Source: Octopus vulgaris
Lineage: Eukaryota
Assembly: GCA_951406725.2 (NCBI GenBank)
Contig: OX597818.1
Span: 75,702,001-75,766,000 of the forward strand
DNA length: 64,000 nt
Direction of reading: 5' to 3'
Shown here piece after piece: positions 24,754 through 38,369 of the stretch. The notes under the pieces are model-generated. The model did no database searches, had not been told where the DNA came from, and saw nothing but the letters and a program-made list of their open reading frames with translations. Position numbers and translations under genes: made by a program. The stretch's first letter is position 1. The number at the start of each line of letters is the position of its first letter.

Positions 24754-25991
24754 TGAGAGTTAGCTGAAAAGTTCATAGGCTGACCAAGCTACTCTCATGG
24801 AATAAGATTTATTTTTCCACATAGTCCCCATTATGGCCCACACACTTCTTCCATCGGTGTCGCAGTGATACCATTGATTCATCCTGTTGGTCAAAAAAGT
24901 CATCATCACTGCAATACTAGTTGTCAGCCAATTGTTTTTTCATGTTGGGGAACAGATGATTGTCAAATGGGGCAAAATCAAGAAAATAGGGAGGGTAATC
25001 AACCAGTTCAAAGTCACAGTCATGCACAACAACCTTTGAACCCAAGGACTTGTGTGCTGGAACATTGTCCTGGTGGGACAAAACCCCCTTTGTTAATTTT
25101 CCTGGGTGTTTGGTCTTGATAGCCTTTCACAAAAGCCTCAACAAATTGAAATAGTACTCGCCATTGATGGTGTAGCCCTTTTAAAGATAGTTAATAAACA
25201 TAATGCCTTTTGTATCTCAAAAAACTGAGACCATCACCATCCTAGTAAATGAAACAACTTCAGCCTTCTTTGGAGCAGGTGAGGAAGGTGTTTCCACTGC
25301 ATGAATTGTCTCTTTGTCCTGGATTAAAGTGATGGCCCCAACACTTATCCTGGCTCAGAAAACGTTCAAGGAAACCAGCTGGATCTGCCTGAAACAACGT
25401 CAGATTTCCCCATGGTGTGATCAGTCTGGTGTGCTTTAGATAAAGTGCCAGAAATTTTCGTCATGGCAAATTCATTGTGCAGAATATTCTCAACTCTCTT
25501 ATGGGATATGCTATTTGACTATAAATCAAATAGCAATGCTATTTGATTTATAGGCAGTTGCCTGTCATCCATCACCTTGTGGTGAACACAATCGATATTT
25601 TCCTTGGTAGTGGAAGTTGCAAGATGTCCAGACCTTGGGACATCTTCAAGGCTCTCTGTTCCCCTCATAAATTCAGCTATGCATTATGCAATGTTGATGA
25701 AGCCGGGGTGTCATCCCCTAATATAGCAACGATGTCAGCCTGAATGTCCTTGGGGACTAAACCCTTTTTTCTGAAGGTACTTGATAACACCACGATGCCT
25801 AAGTTCGGCCATTTTCAAGAGAAGTCACTACTAGTTAGTTTTGAAAACTTCTTTGAAAAGTTAGATGTCAGTTTACTTGAGAAGAAACAATACAGTTATT
25901 AATAAGCAGACTGAAATTAAAGCATGTGAGATTTCACAGCTCTAGCATCACTCCTTCATAGTCTGCCAATGAACTTTTCAGCCCACCCTCG
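24754..25991 (-). mobile_element. Decayed mariner transposon
   Basis: TA-flanked TIRs tgagagttagctgaaaagttcat / atgaacttttcagcccaccctcg; minus-strand transposase remnants. Confidence 0.8.
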
Positions 25992-26476
25992 TAGTATATA
26001 CACTCTTTATTAGGCTTTATTATACTAATATCATTTATTATATACATCCCTATGTTAATCATCATTTTGGTGAAAAGGTATGTATAATACTTGGAATTTT
26101 ACAGTAATTAAAATGACGTTTGCAGTTGATGATAGAGAGATATCAAGATTTAATGACTCATCTAAATGAAATCTAGTTGAGGAAGAGGGGAGACAACTCC
26201 GGAATTTAAATTAGATTTAAAATGTGAAATAAAAATACAGGCATACATCAACTTACATCATTGCTAGATAATATAATGACTAACCAAGTTATGGCAGAGT
26301 AGCATACTTTTCAGAAAGATTGTTTAGAAATATGCTTTCATGTCTAAGTCTGTGACTGTATTTGAATTCTTGAGTCAGTATTTCTATAAGTAAGTTAGTT
26401 TAGATCTAATTAATTAGTTTAGGTCTCAATTCTAACATTGCAATATCTTTCTGTCTTTTTTTTTTTTAACTTCCAG

Positions 26477-26515
26477 AGCAATATCACCCCCTCCGACATT
26501 CAAAGTTGGCTGTCA
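26477..26515 (+). CDS. CCDC191: CCDC191 small coding exon (SNITPSDIQSWLS)
   Basis: Strong polypyrimidine tract plus cag, gtaagt donor; corresponds to 'PDSVEHWIK' of vertebrate CCDC191. Confidence 0.75.
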
Positions 26516-26741
26516 GTAAGTATTTTATATATTAAATTTAAATTGAAGCAGTATGAAAAGAAAGATATTTTATATTTGTAAATTTCTTTCGAATTAAAAT
26601 CTTCAATAAACAATTACTGTTCTCGGTTGACTTGTAATCACTACAGTGATTTTGACACAATTGGTTTTCCATAGTTTCTGTTTATCTTTTTACCCCTGTC
26701 ATATCCACACACACTCATTTAACTACAGAAAAGTTTATTAC

Positions 26742-26742
<1 letters not shown>

Positions 26743-26804
<62 letters not shown>

Positions 26805-27052
26805 AATTATTGTATACAGTGCTCAGGTGCACCACAACTTGTCAGAAAGTGCATATAAAGTATATGCAGTAATGTACAAATGTCTGGAAAGCGAACAATG
26901 TAAGAGTCAGATACATGCTTGTATGTGTATGGAGGGGAGATAATCAGGTGTAGTGTTGGCGAATATCAGAAAGCATGGAAGTTTTGAAGGATGCAGTGCT
27001 CCGACAACTAACAACTGATGCTGGCAGTTTGTTCCATGCTTCAGCAACTCTC
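26743..27052 (-). mobile_element. CR1-type LINE 3' end with (TTA)n tail
   Basis: Minus strand reads RVAEAWNKLPASVVSCRSTASFK (WN.LP..VV motif of the CR1 ORF2 end). Confidence 0.75.
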
Positions 27053-27759
27053 ATATAAATTTGTACAAAAAGATGAATTGATCCAGCAAAGTCAGTTCAA
27101 TGTTTTCCATTGGTTAAAACTGATTAATCAGCTTGACTCAGCAAATTGTTGGTGAACTCCTCCCTAGAGTCTAATGTTTGATATTAAAAGAAGGTAATTT
27201 CTAAAACTTCATCAGCAAGTATTTGGCTGCATTGGCTAGCTGTTGGATTAACTAATCTGTTTTATTTTATTAAGCATCATAGACAAGGGTATGGCTGTGT
27301 AGTTAAGAAGCTTTTCTGCAACCACGTGGTGATCCCACTAAGCAACATGCCGAGCAAGTGTCTTCTAACTTCTTCTATAGCCCCAGGCAAACCAATACCT
27401 TGTGGGTGAATTTGGTAAATGGAAACGCTCTGTGTGTGTGTGTGTGTTTATGTGTGTGTATGTGTTCTAAGCAACCATTATAATGAAATGTATGTAGGAA
27501 CTAATAATATCATATATATATATAGGCACAGGTGTGACTGTGTGGTAAGAAGCTTGCTTCACAATCACATGGTTCTGCATAATATACAATAGCTCAGGTA
27601 ATAGTATTGATAAATTTAATACAAGGTAATGAAACACTGCATTAAATTTAAGATTAAAATTGAACATTGGCTAGGGTCATAGTTGTTAATATGACTTATT
27701 TGGAAATAAATTTTTTAAAATTTTAGTTTTAACTTTTTAAAAATTCTTTTACCTTCCAG

Positions 27760-27904
27760 AATATTGAACCAACAATTCCAAGTCAAGGATATTTCCAGAA
27801 CACTGATGATAAATCATATCCTTTTTCAAGGGTCAAATTCAAGCAGTCACTGGCCCAGATGACTTTAGACCAGTTACGACACCATGATGAAGCTCAAAAA
27901 GAAG
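27760..27904 (+). CDS. CCDC191: CCDC191 coding exon (NIEPTIP...TLDQLRHHDEAQKE)
   Basis: ttccag/gttctt; matches 'EQIEDHDEIYAE'; phase 0/1. Confidence 0.85.
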
Positions 27905-28348
27905 GTTCTTCTCTCACTTCTCTCTCTCTTTCTCTCTCTCTGCCCCTTCTCTTCTGTTCTTCTCCCTCCCTCTCTCTCTCTCTCCCTATATATATATGAG
28001 AAAGAGAGATGACAAAACAATAAATGATTACCTTATGAACTTCGTTAACTTACAGCTCTTTCTACTATAATATGCAGTGCACTCATAGTTGAGTGCCTGA
28101 ATAATACCTTATAGTTTCATTGGAGTCTCGAACATGAAGACTCTGACAAAGCTACAAGGTGTTATTCAGGTACCCAACTATGAGTCCACTGCATGATGAT
28201 CATTTATTTCTTTGTCATCTCTCTTATTATTGTTCTCTATTCAGCTAGCGCTTTGTTCTGAAACATAGGTATATTGAGTTCTACACTGGGTTATTAATAT
28301 CACAATACCTTAGCAAAATATCAAAACCCAATATTAAAAACCAAAAAC

Positions 28349-28663
28349 GTGGCTTAGTGGTTAGGACATTTGGCTCATGATTGTAAGGTCGTGAGTTCGA
28401 TTCCCGGCGACGCGTTGTGTCCTTGAGCAAGACACTTTATTTCACGTTGCTCCAGTCCACTCAGTTGGCAAAAATGAGTTGTACCTGTATTTCAAAGGGC
28501 CGGCCTTGTCACACTCTGTGTCACATTGAATCTCCCTGAGGACTACGTTAGAAGTACATGCGTCTGTGGATTGCTCAGTCACTTGCACGTTAATTTCATG
28601 AACAAGCTGTTCCGTTGATTGTATCAGCTGGGACCCTCATCATCGTAACTGATGGAGTGCTCC
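28349..28663 (+). mobile_element. tRNA-derived SINE, second family
   Basis: A-box tggcttagtgg, B-box gagttcgattccc, followed by a gtgtccttgagcaagacacttta central domain. Confidence 0.82.
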
Positions 28664-28664
28664 T

Positions 28665-28702
<38 letters not shown>

Positions 28703-28943
28703 GGTATACCCTGGCACTTAACCATCTCTCTCTTGCTCGCTCTTACACTTTTGCAGTTTCCTACTCTCTCTCTTTCCCTTCCTTTTCCCTCTAGCTGGGT
28801 AGCCATGTATCTCCTCTACTGCAGCACATCTATTTCTGCCCTCATTCTTGATCACTCTCTCTGTCTACTTCTCTTGTTTTTCCTATGACTAGGTAACCAA
28901 GAATCTCCTTTACATCAGCACAGCTACTTCTGTCCACTTTCTT

Positions 28944-29160
<217 letters not shown>

Positions 29161-31389
29161 TACCTCTTCTATAGCAAGACACCTATTTCTGCCTCTCTAT
29201 TTCTCTGTCGCACTCTAACCTTTCATCATCTGATACCAGGTTACTTCCTCCAGTGCTCCCTCTGTTATAGCAAGACGCTGTACCTCTTTTGGCAGGGCTT
29301 TTATGGCTGAATGCCCTTCCTAGCACCAGCCACTCTGCAGAGTGGACTCAGTGTTTTTTATGTGGCACTAGCACAGAGTTCAGTTTTGGCATGATTTTTA
29401 CAGTTAAATGCCCTTCCAAATGTCAACCACTTTACAGTGTGGACTGGATACATTTTACATGGCACCGGCAGGGTCACCAAGTAACTTGCAAGACAAGGAA
29501 TCTTGAGAGGGGCAAGGACATTGGAGGAGGGAACTTGTGTCAGATGATGAAAGGTTAGAGTGTGACAGAGAAATAGAGAGGCAGAAACAGGTGTCTTGTT
29601 ATAATGGAGGGGGCATTAGAGGAGGTGATCTGGTATCAACTGGTGAAAGGTTAGAGTGTGACAAAAGAACAGGGAGGTAGAAATAGGTGTCTTACTATAG
29701 AGGAGGTACATGGTTACCCAATGTGAGAGAGAGGGAAGAAGAGAGAAAGGTACAAGAAAGCAGACAGAAACAGGTGTGCTGATGTAAAAGAGATACTTGG
29801 TACCTTGCTAGAGGGAAAAGCAGGAGGAGTGAGAGAATTATCAAGAATGAGGGCAGAAAGAGGTGTGCTGCTCTAGAGGAGATACATGGCTACCCAGCTA
29901 GAGGGAAGAGCAAGCGAAAGAGAGAGAGAGTGGAACACTGCAAAATTGCAAGAATGAGCAGGAGAGAGATGGTTGGGAAGTGCCAGGGTATACTCACAAG
30001 TAACAAGGATCAGAGCATCGATATGATAGAAGAGTAAGATAGAGAGAGATAAATGGTGGCAATTGCCAGGGCATGCCTTCAAGGTACAGGGATCATAGCA
30101 TAAGCAGTCAGATATTGTCAAGAAGGTGCAAGTAGGGAGTGGGGATTGCAGTGAAACCTGGGTATAAAGATGGGGTGGGGGAAAGCAGCGATACAGTGAG
30201 CAGGGCAGTGAGGACGGGGAAGGGGAGTGGGAGACAATCATAGTGTATGAAGAAAAAATGTAATGAAGAGAATGATGCAGTTTAGAAGAGGGGCTGGGTA
30301 TGTAAAAAGTTTATTGTTACATGTGGGTGGGACACAATGCTTTTAGCACTCAGCTTCACTGACGTGAGTAGATCTTCTTTAGAACTTCATATTGCCAAAC
30401 ATCTGCTGTCCATTGTCATTTCCTCCACGAACCCTAAGATCCTGAGATTGGTCCTCACTACTTCATCTCATGTCTTCTGGGTCTCCCTCTTCCACAGGTA
30501 CCATCCACTTTCAGTGATAGGCACTTCTATATACAGCTGTCTTTACTGATATGCACCACGTATCTAAACCAACACATTCTCTTCTCCTGCATGTCACATT
30601 TAATTCCTCTTATGCATAACTTTTCTCTCAACACAGTTGTGCTTTGTCAGTCATGCACACTCATGTTGCAAATCCAATGGAGCATACTACCTTTATTCCT
30701 CTCCTGTCTACGCATGTCCTCCGCATTCAGAGACCATGTCTCACCATCATGGAATAGAGCCTTTGTAAACAGGCATCGTACAATCTACCTTTCACTCTGA
30801 GAGAGAGTCCGTTTGTTGCCAACAGCGGTAGTAGCTCTCTGAACCTCCTCCACCCTACTCTTATTCTAGAAACAAAACTGTCAGAGCATCCACCACTGTT
30901 ACTAATTTGGTCACCTAAGTAGCAGAATCAATCAGTCCATCAATCCATCCACTCATCCACCCACCCATCCAGCCAGTCGTCCATCCATTCATTCATTCAT
31001 TAGTGAAGATACATGGTCGAGTGGTGAGAGTATTTGGGTTTATAATGTCATGATTTCAATTCCTGTACCAGGCAGTGTGTTGTGTTCTTGAACAAGGCAA
31101 TATATTTCATGTTACACAAGTCTGCTCAGTTGAACACGAATGCCAGTGTTGTGTTGATGTAGTCCTTTTCCCCTTCAGCTGCGCTGCTGGGTCAAGAGTA
31201 GGGCGGTCAAGAGGATGTCTGTGTTTGCTCATCACTATATAAGCACCTAAAAGAATTAGTGAAAGCATCATACCATCTTCCAGGTAATTCTTGCTTGTGT
31301 GAGAGGGCTAAGTTTTAGATTTTTGTATTAGTGAAGAAAACATTACAAATTTTTAATTAGTATATTTGTTTAATTGATTGTGTTTTGTT

Positions 31390-33680
31390 ATCATCATCAT
31401 CATCATCATTTAACGTCTGTTGTCCATGTTGGCATGGGTTGGACGGGTTGACCAGGGCTGGCAAGCTGGGGGGCTGCACCAGACTCCAGTCTGATTTGGC
31501 ATGGTTTCTACAGCTGGATGCCCTTCCTAACACCAACCACTCCAAGAGTGTGATGGGTGCTTATACATGCCACCAGCATGGGTGCCATTTGCCTGACACC
31601 AGTATTTGCCATGATTCACTTTCATGTGCCACCAGCATCAGCCACTTTACCTCCATGAGGCCCAACACTTGAAAGGTGCTTTTTATGTGACACCAGCATC
31701 AGCTACGCCTATGATTTCAATTGGCTTGATGGGTCTTCTCAAGCACAGAATATAGCCAAAGGTCTTGGTCACTACTCAATGCCTCTATGAGGCCCAAAGT
31801 TCAAAGATCATGCTTCACCACATCGTCCCATGTCTTTCCACATCTATTTCTACCACAGGTTCCCTCCACAGTTAGAGATCAGCACTTCTTTACACAACTG
31901 TCCTTGTCCATATGCATCACATGACCATACCAGCACAGTCGTCTCTCTTGTACACTACATCTGATGCCACTTTTGCCCAACTTTTCTCTCAGGATGCTTA
32001 CACACTGTCAAACATGCACACTGATATTGCACATCTAGTGAAACATACTAACTTCATTTCTTTCAAGCCTGTGCATGTCCTCAGCTATCACAGCCCATGT
32101 TGCACTGCTATGTAGCATAGCTATTTGCACACAGGCATCATACAATCTGCTTTTCACTCTGAGGGAGAGTCCCTTTGTAACCAGCAGAAGTAGAAGTTTT
32201 CTGAACTTTGCCCAACCTAATCTTATACTCACAGCTACACCCTTAGAACATCCACCTCCACTACTAACTTGGTCACTTCTATATCGGAAGCTATCTCCTA
32301 CATCTAGATTATCCCCTGGCAGTTGATGGAGTCTATTTTCTGTACATTTTATGTGTTTTTTTGTACCTGTGCATCTTCCACACACAAAAGCTTTTTTCCA
32401 TATTAACCTTCCTTTGATATTGCTGCACCTCTTCTGCACCCATAGCTTACACCAGGTACATCTTATGTAGTTTTTACCTATGTCTTTTCTACAGATCAAG
32501 CAGGGCCATCTACCTGAAGGGATTTGTGATTTGTCTGCCTTCCTACTTACTAAGACTTTGATTTTTGCTAGATTAACACTAAGGTGCTTCAATTCTAGAC
32601 CTTGCTTCCATACCTGAAACTTCTCTAGTTCTGGTAGTGATTCAGCTAGAAGAACAAGGTCATCAGCATAGAGGAGCTCCCAGGGGTAACCTGTCTTAAA
32701 TTCCTCTGTTATTGCCTGGAGGACTATGATGAACAAGAGGGGGCTGAGGACTGATCCTTGGTGAACCCCTACTTGTACTATGAATTCTTCGTTATACTTG
32801 TTGCCAACTCTCACCTTCCTGGTAGCATTCCTGTTCATAGCTTGTGCACCTCTCACCAACCACTCTTCTATCCCTAGCTTCCTCATTGACCACCAGATAA
32901 GGGATCAGGGGATCCTGCTAAAGGCTTTCTCCAAGTGAACACAAGCCAAGTACAGAGGTTTATATTTGGTTGTGTATTTGTCCTGCAGTTGCCTTACCAG
33001 AAATATTGCATCAGTGGTGCTTCTCCCTGGCACAAAACCAAATTGCATCTCATCTAAAATAACTCTCTCCCTAATTATTTGGTCTATGACCCTCTCCATA
33101 ACTTTCATCACCTGATCCAACAATATGATACAGCTGTAATTATTTCTATCTAAGGCATCACCATTACCTTTGTTGACTATCATGCTGCAACACCAATCAT
33201 TGGGTATGACTCCTTCATGAACCACCTGATTTACAATATGGGTGATTAGACCATAACCCACACCACCAAATATTTTAAGCATCTCAGTGGTGATTCTTTA
33301 TGGGCCGGGGGGCTTTCTCTGTCTACATATCCTTAATTGCTTCATCTACCAAGGTACTGTTGATTCGGATAGCTGGTCTCTCAGTCGGGTCAACATTTGG
33401 CTGACTCTCCTCCTCTCGTTCATTCTCCTTGTTCAGCAGTCTTTCATAATGGCATTTCCAAGTCTCTTTCTTTGCAGAATCATTAAATGCAAGTTTATCA
33501 CCATCCATGCGAACACATTTCTCTCCTATGACATCACAATTCTCTTTCACACACACTCTCTTGCAATTTGAAACACTTCAAGTCTTTGGTCCTCACATCA
33601 CTGAACATAGGCAAACTTCTTTTCTGCTTCTCCCTTGACTAGAAATATCTGTCACCTATCTTCCCTTCTGGCTGTCTGTG
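31390..33680 (-). mobile_element. RTE LINE fragment with reverse transcriptase domain
   Basis: ORFs 32905-33282 and 32035-32886: QFGFVPGRSTTDAIF, GVHQGSVLSPLLF, LLYADDL; frameshifted. Confidence 0.93.
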
Positions 33681-33719
33681 ATTGTTTTTTAAAAGTGTAA
33701 TTGCTATTGTGTATTGCAG

Positions 33720-33851
33720 CTGAAGATTTACTGAATGACTGGGTCCAGAAAAGCCTTTATGACTCTAATTTGGCTGACAAGGACAACCTATATGTCATAG
33801 ATAATAAGGAACTGGAAGAGGTACCATGTAAAGATTACTTGGACATTTACG
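33720..33851 (+). CDS. CCDC191: CCDC191 coding exon (AEDLLNDWVQKSLY...DYLDIY)
   Basis: ttgcag/gtaatg; matches 'AQELVNDWLDTKL'; phase 1/1. Confidence 0.88.
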
Positions 33852-34952
33852 GTAATGATCATAGTTCATTTTTCTATGTACTTCATTTCTACTTAATTTA
33901 TTTTATATATTTATTTTACAGCTCTTTTCTATCACCCTTCATGTAAAAGAAAATAGTATTTGACTCTTTCCACAACAAAAGTATTCTCCCCCTCTTTCAA
34001 ATATCCATTTCCTCATGTGCCAATCTCTTCAACAGCACTGTTCTGTCTTCACTCTCATATGCAACTGAGATATGGGCTTCTAGGAAGACAGAAGATCAAT
34101 TAGTGGCTATGACACAGAGAGCTATAGAAAAATCCATGCTAGGAATATCATTGCAGGAATTTATCCAAAATGAGTTTATTCAAGGATAGACTAGAGGGAA
34201 TGATGTTTTTGTGAAATACTGAAAGCAAAAGGTCCCTGGACTCGACTCATCACAAGGCTGACAAACACCATCATCATCATCATTACTTTATGTTTACTTT
34301 GCAATGCTGACAGATTATCACAATTCTAGTGTGTTCTTATTTGGAGTTTGTGTCCTCAGTGGATCAGAGGACCACATCTCTCTCCTACATTCCATTTATG
34401 GCATGGCTTCTACTGCTGGATGCCCTTCCTAATACAAACCACTTTACAGAGTGTACTGGATGAATTTTATTCTAGCACAAACACCATACCCAGCAGCCCT
34501 AGGCTGAGCAAAACCTTATGAGTAGATTTGAAAGAAGCGTGACCTAGTAAGGGTGTTGCTCTCATGATCACTAGATTTTGAGTTTGATTCCCAGCTTGGG
34601 CGGTATGTGTTTTTCAGCAAAACACTTCATTTCATGTTTCTCTAGTGGGTGGGAAAGTGCCAGTATCATTGGCACATTGGTTTTGCAGGTTCTGGTTCTC
34701 TATGTTCAAATTTCAACTGTCTGGAGAAGGCAATGGGAAATCACTCCCATATTCATCCCAAGTCTAATCCTGGATGGCCGTAGTTCCAGTAGTCTACTTG
34801 ATGGTAGCAGGAGAGGGTATGGGCCCACCTAGGTCACAGAGAGAGTGCTGAAGAAGGTTAACATGCACAGAACCTGCCCAAGTGTAGACCATCACTAAAT
34901 TGATATTTATAGGTGAGTATTGTAGTTCACTCAAAGCATTGTGTATTGTTTG

Positions 34953-35351
34953 TGAAATATAACATGTCTTGAATGGCACAACAGTACAGAGTGGACTATA
35001 ATAACTATTATAATTTAATTATTCATAGTCTGATATAATATTTTGGAATATAAAAATTCCTTCTTGAGATATTGCAAGGAATTAATTGTGTCACTGCTAT
35101 AATCGGTTTTCCAACAGTTAGTGAAATTTTTTTTTTTCGGAAGCATCTCTGCAGTGGTCTCAGGAAGCTTCATCCAGAATTCCTCATGGAAAGGGCGTGT
35201 GGGCAGCCATGTCTCAAGCACGTGTGTGTTGGTATATCCGCAGCACTGCTTCTAAGTTATGCATAATACATGCAGTTATTATAATCCACTCTGCATTGTT
35301 GTGTCAGTTATTATAGTCCACTCTACAATGTTGTGCCATTCAAGACACATT

Positions 35352-35359
<8 letters not shown>
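34953..35359. mobile_element. MITE-like element with ~55 bp inverted termini
   Basis: tgaaatataacatgtcttgaatggcacaaca...gagtggactataataact mirrored at 35307-35359. Confidence 0.65.
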
Positions 35360-35391
<32 letters not shown>

Positions 35392-36293
35392 CATCATCAT
35401 CATCATCTTCCATGCATGCATGGGTAGGACAGTTCACAGGAGCTAGCCAAGTAGAAAAACTACCCTATGCTACTGAGTCTGTTTTGGCAGGGTGTTTATG
35501 GCTGGATGCCCTTCCTTACACCAACCACTCTGCAGAGAGAACTCAGTGCTATTTATGTGGCACTAGCACAGGCGAGGTTAGTTTTGGCATGACTTTTACA
35601 GCTGGATGTCCTTCCAAATGCCAACCACTTTACAGTGTGGACTAGATGCTTTTTACATGGCACCAGCACTGGCAGGGTCACCATGTAACTTGCAAGACAA
35701 GAAATTATGAGAGGGGCAGGGGCATTTGAGGAGGGGAACTCATGTCAGAGGATGAGAAGTTAGAGGGTGACAAAAAGATAGAGAGGCAGAAAAAGGTATA
35801 TTGCTATAACGGAGGGTGTATTGGACAAGGTGATCCAGTATCAGATGATGAAAGGTTAGAATGTGTCAGAGATGTGTGTGTGCGTGTGCATGCTCTTCTA
35901 TATATGTATGTATGCATGTGTATGTTTTTGTTTCCGTCGTGTTTGCTGGTTTATATACAAAAGCTTCTTGACCATGCCATTGGCTTGCAGTCCACTATCA
36001 AAGGATATCCAGACTTCCTGACATGTCTTGACAAGTTACACAAAAGGTTCTTAAAAAACATTGTTTCTTTCCAGCTCCAAGCATAAAACACATCCAGGCT
36101 GTTAGGTGGTCAACAGACTGGGCTATTATTATGTCATCTGGAGACATGTGGGGGTTGGCTACAAGAAGGGATTCTGACTGAGAAAATCTACCTCAACGTT
36201 CTAAACAATCTATTTGCTCCATGCAAGCATGGAAAAGTAGATGTTAAAGTGACAATGGTGACAATAATATATACGTGTGTGTGAGTGTGTGTA

Positions 36294-37429
36294 CAGGGGT
36301 TGGACAAAATAATGAGAACACCTAGCATCATAGCATCATAATTTTGAAATATCTGTAATACTGTCAAAAGTTTGTTTGTTTTTTGATTTATTATTAGTGT
36401 TGCTTAATATGTTTTGCTAAAATTGCTGTTTCTTTGCAGATATCATCAGAAAAAGGTAATTAAAATTCATTAAAATGACAGATTTATCAGACTTTCAAAG
36501 AAGTGAAATTGTTGGTGCTCATATGGCAGGTGCTAGCGTAACGAAAACAACCGAAATGTTTGGTGTATCAAGAAGTACTGTCTTGAAAGTAATGACAGCC
36601 TTTGAGAAAGAGGGGAAAACCTCCTCCTCAAAACAAAATTCAAGAAGAAAACCCAAACTTTTAGATAGGGACCGTCAGATTCATATGCGAATTGTTAGAA
36701 TCGATCACAAAAGTACAGCTCCCAAAATTACTACAGAGCTTAATGACCACCTCAAGAACCCAGTTTCCACAAAAACTGTTCGACGGGAGCTGCATTTCAT
36801 GGGAGGGCTGCAATCAGAAAACCACTACTTTCAAAAACAAATGTTATAAAGTATTTAGAGTGGAGTAAAAACCTACAGAATTAGTCCCTAGAGCAGTGGA
36901 AGAATGTTATTTTCTTGAACAAGAATCCATTACCTCATTTCCGACCACCGACTGAGTATATCTTGGAAATCTGTCGGCCCAATAGTTTACCTTCATGGCA
37001 GAATTAATAGTCGAGACTATTTAAGCATTTTATCTGATCAAATTCATCCTATGGTTGTGGAGCTGTTTCTGGAAGGAAATACAATCTTTCAAGATGATAA
37101 TGCACCAATTCACACAGCTAAAGTTGTTACTGAATGGCACAAGGAACATTCTAGTTAAGTTGAACATCTTATCTGGCTACCACAGTCCCCAGATCTCAAT
37201 ATTATTGAACATTTACAGTGCATTTTAGAAAAACAAGTAAGGAGTCGATATCCTCCACCATCATCACTACAAGAACTGGAGATTGTTTTAGCTGATGAAT
37301 GTACAAAAATTCCTTTGGAAACAATTCAAATTTTGTACGAGTCCATACCTTGTAGAATTCAAGCTACCTCATATTAAAATAAATTTGTTTGAAATTTTAA
37401 GGTGTTTCCTTTATTTTGTCCAACCCCTG
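36294..37429 (+). mobile_element. Tc1-family transposon, pseudogenised
   Basis: TA target-site duplications; TIR CAGGGGTTGGACAAAATAA; ORF 36475 MTDLSDFQRSEIVG (paired-like HTH); QDDNAPIH and PQSPDLNIIEH remnants. Confidence 0.93.
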
Positions 37430-37758
37430 TATGTATATATTAACTTTGAGAAGAGTAACTAGGTAACCAGGTGCTCTGTTCTGTGGCTAATCAATAAATC
37501 AAATTAAGGATTAATTGAAAATACCTACCACAATCTGCAGCAGTTGCATTTGTGCTAGGCTGTTTGTAACATGTAAGCTACATAAATTGTTTATAATGCA
37601 TCTTCATTCTTTGTTTTGTGTGTGTGTGTGTGTGTGTGAGAGGGACAGTATTTTCAAATACTTTTCTAGGTATCCATAGCTAATCTTTATTGCAATTGTC
37701 CAGACTTCATACTCTTCCATGGTGTAAATATATAAATATTTTTTATTGTGTCTTTCAG

Positions 37759-37925
37759 AAACAGACTCACGTTTGGATTTCAATGAAGATGAAGCACTGG
37801 AAACTGTGTTGCAAAACATGCTTAAGAAAGAGTTGGTCCCTAAAAGGATTTTCTCTAATTTAGGATTAGATAATTCAAAACAACAACATGACCCTTCTGT
37901 GAAAATGGAACTGAGGCGGCAACAG
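37759..37925 (+). CDS. CCDC191: CCDC191 coding exon (ETDSRLDFNEDE...HDPSVKMELRRQQ)
   Basis: tttcag/gtttgt; DP...ME.R..Q motif of CCDC191; phase 1/0. Confidence 0.92.
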
Positions 37926-38369
37926 GTTTGTAATTATGACAATTTTATTCTAAAAAATAAAACGAAGTAAGAAGTGTATGTGATAAGATTTTACCATTAA
38001 TGAGTGTTATGTAAGTTTGTAGAGTTCCAAACTTATTTAATCCAAAGAAATTGTATTTAGTTATAATTTCTATGTGAATATATCTTCAATGGTCACAAAT
38101 CTCCAATGGTTTACTGGACATTACTTAAGTTACAAGAACTGACCACTATGATACATAAAATTGATCTGGCCTAACTGAAATAATTTTGATTTGTCTTTAT
38201 CAGTAAAGTTCTGTATAGATGTGAGGTAATAGTCAAATATTTGTAGCTGTGGGCTATGTACATCAGAATATATATATAGCTGTGTGGTTGTGTGATGTGG
38301 CTATCAGAATGTATATACTTGTGTGGTGTATATGTGTATATGCATATGTGTGTGTATGTATGTATGTAT

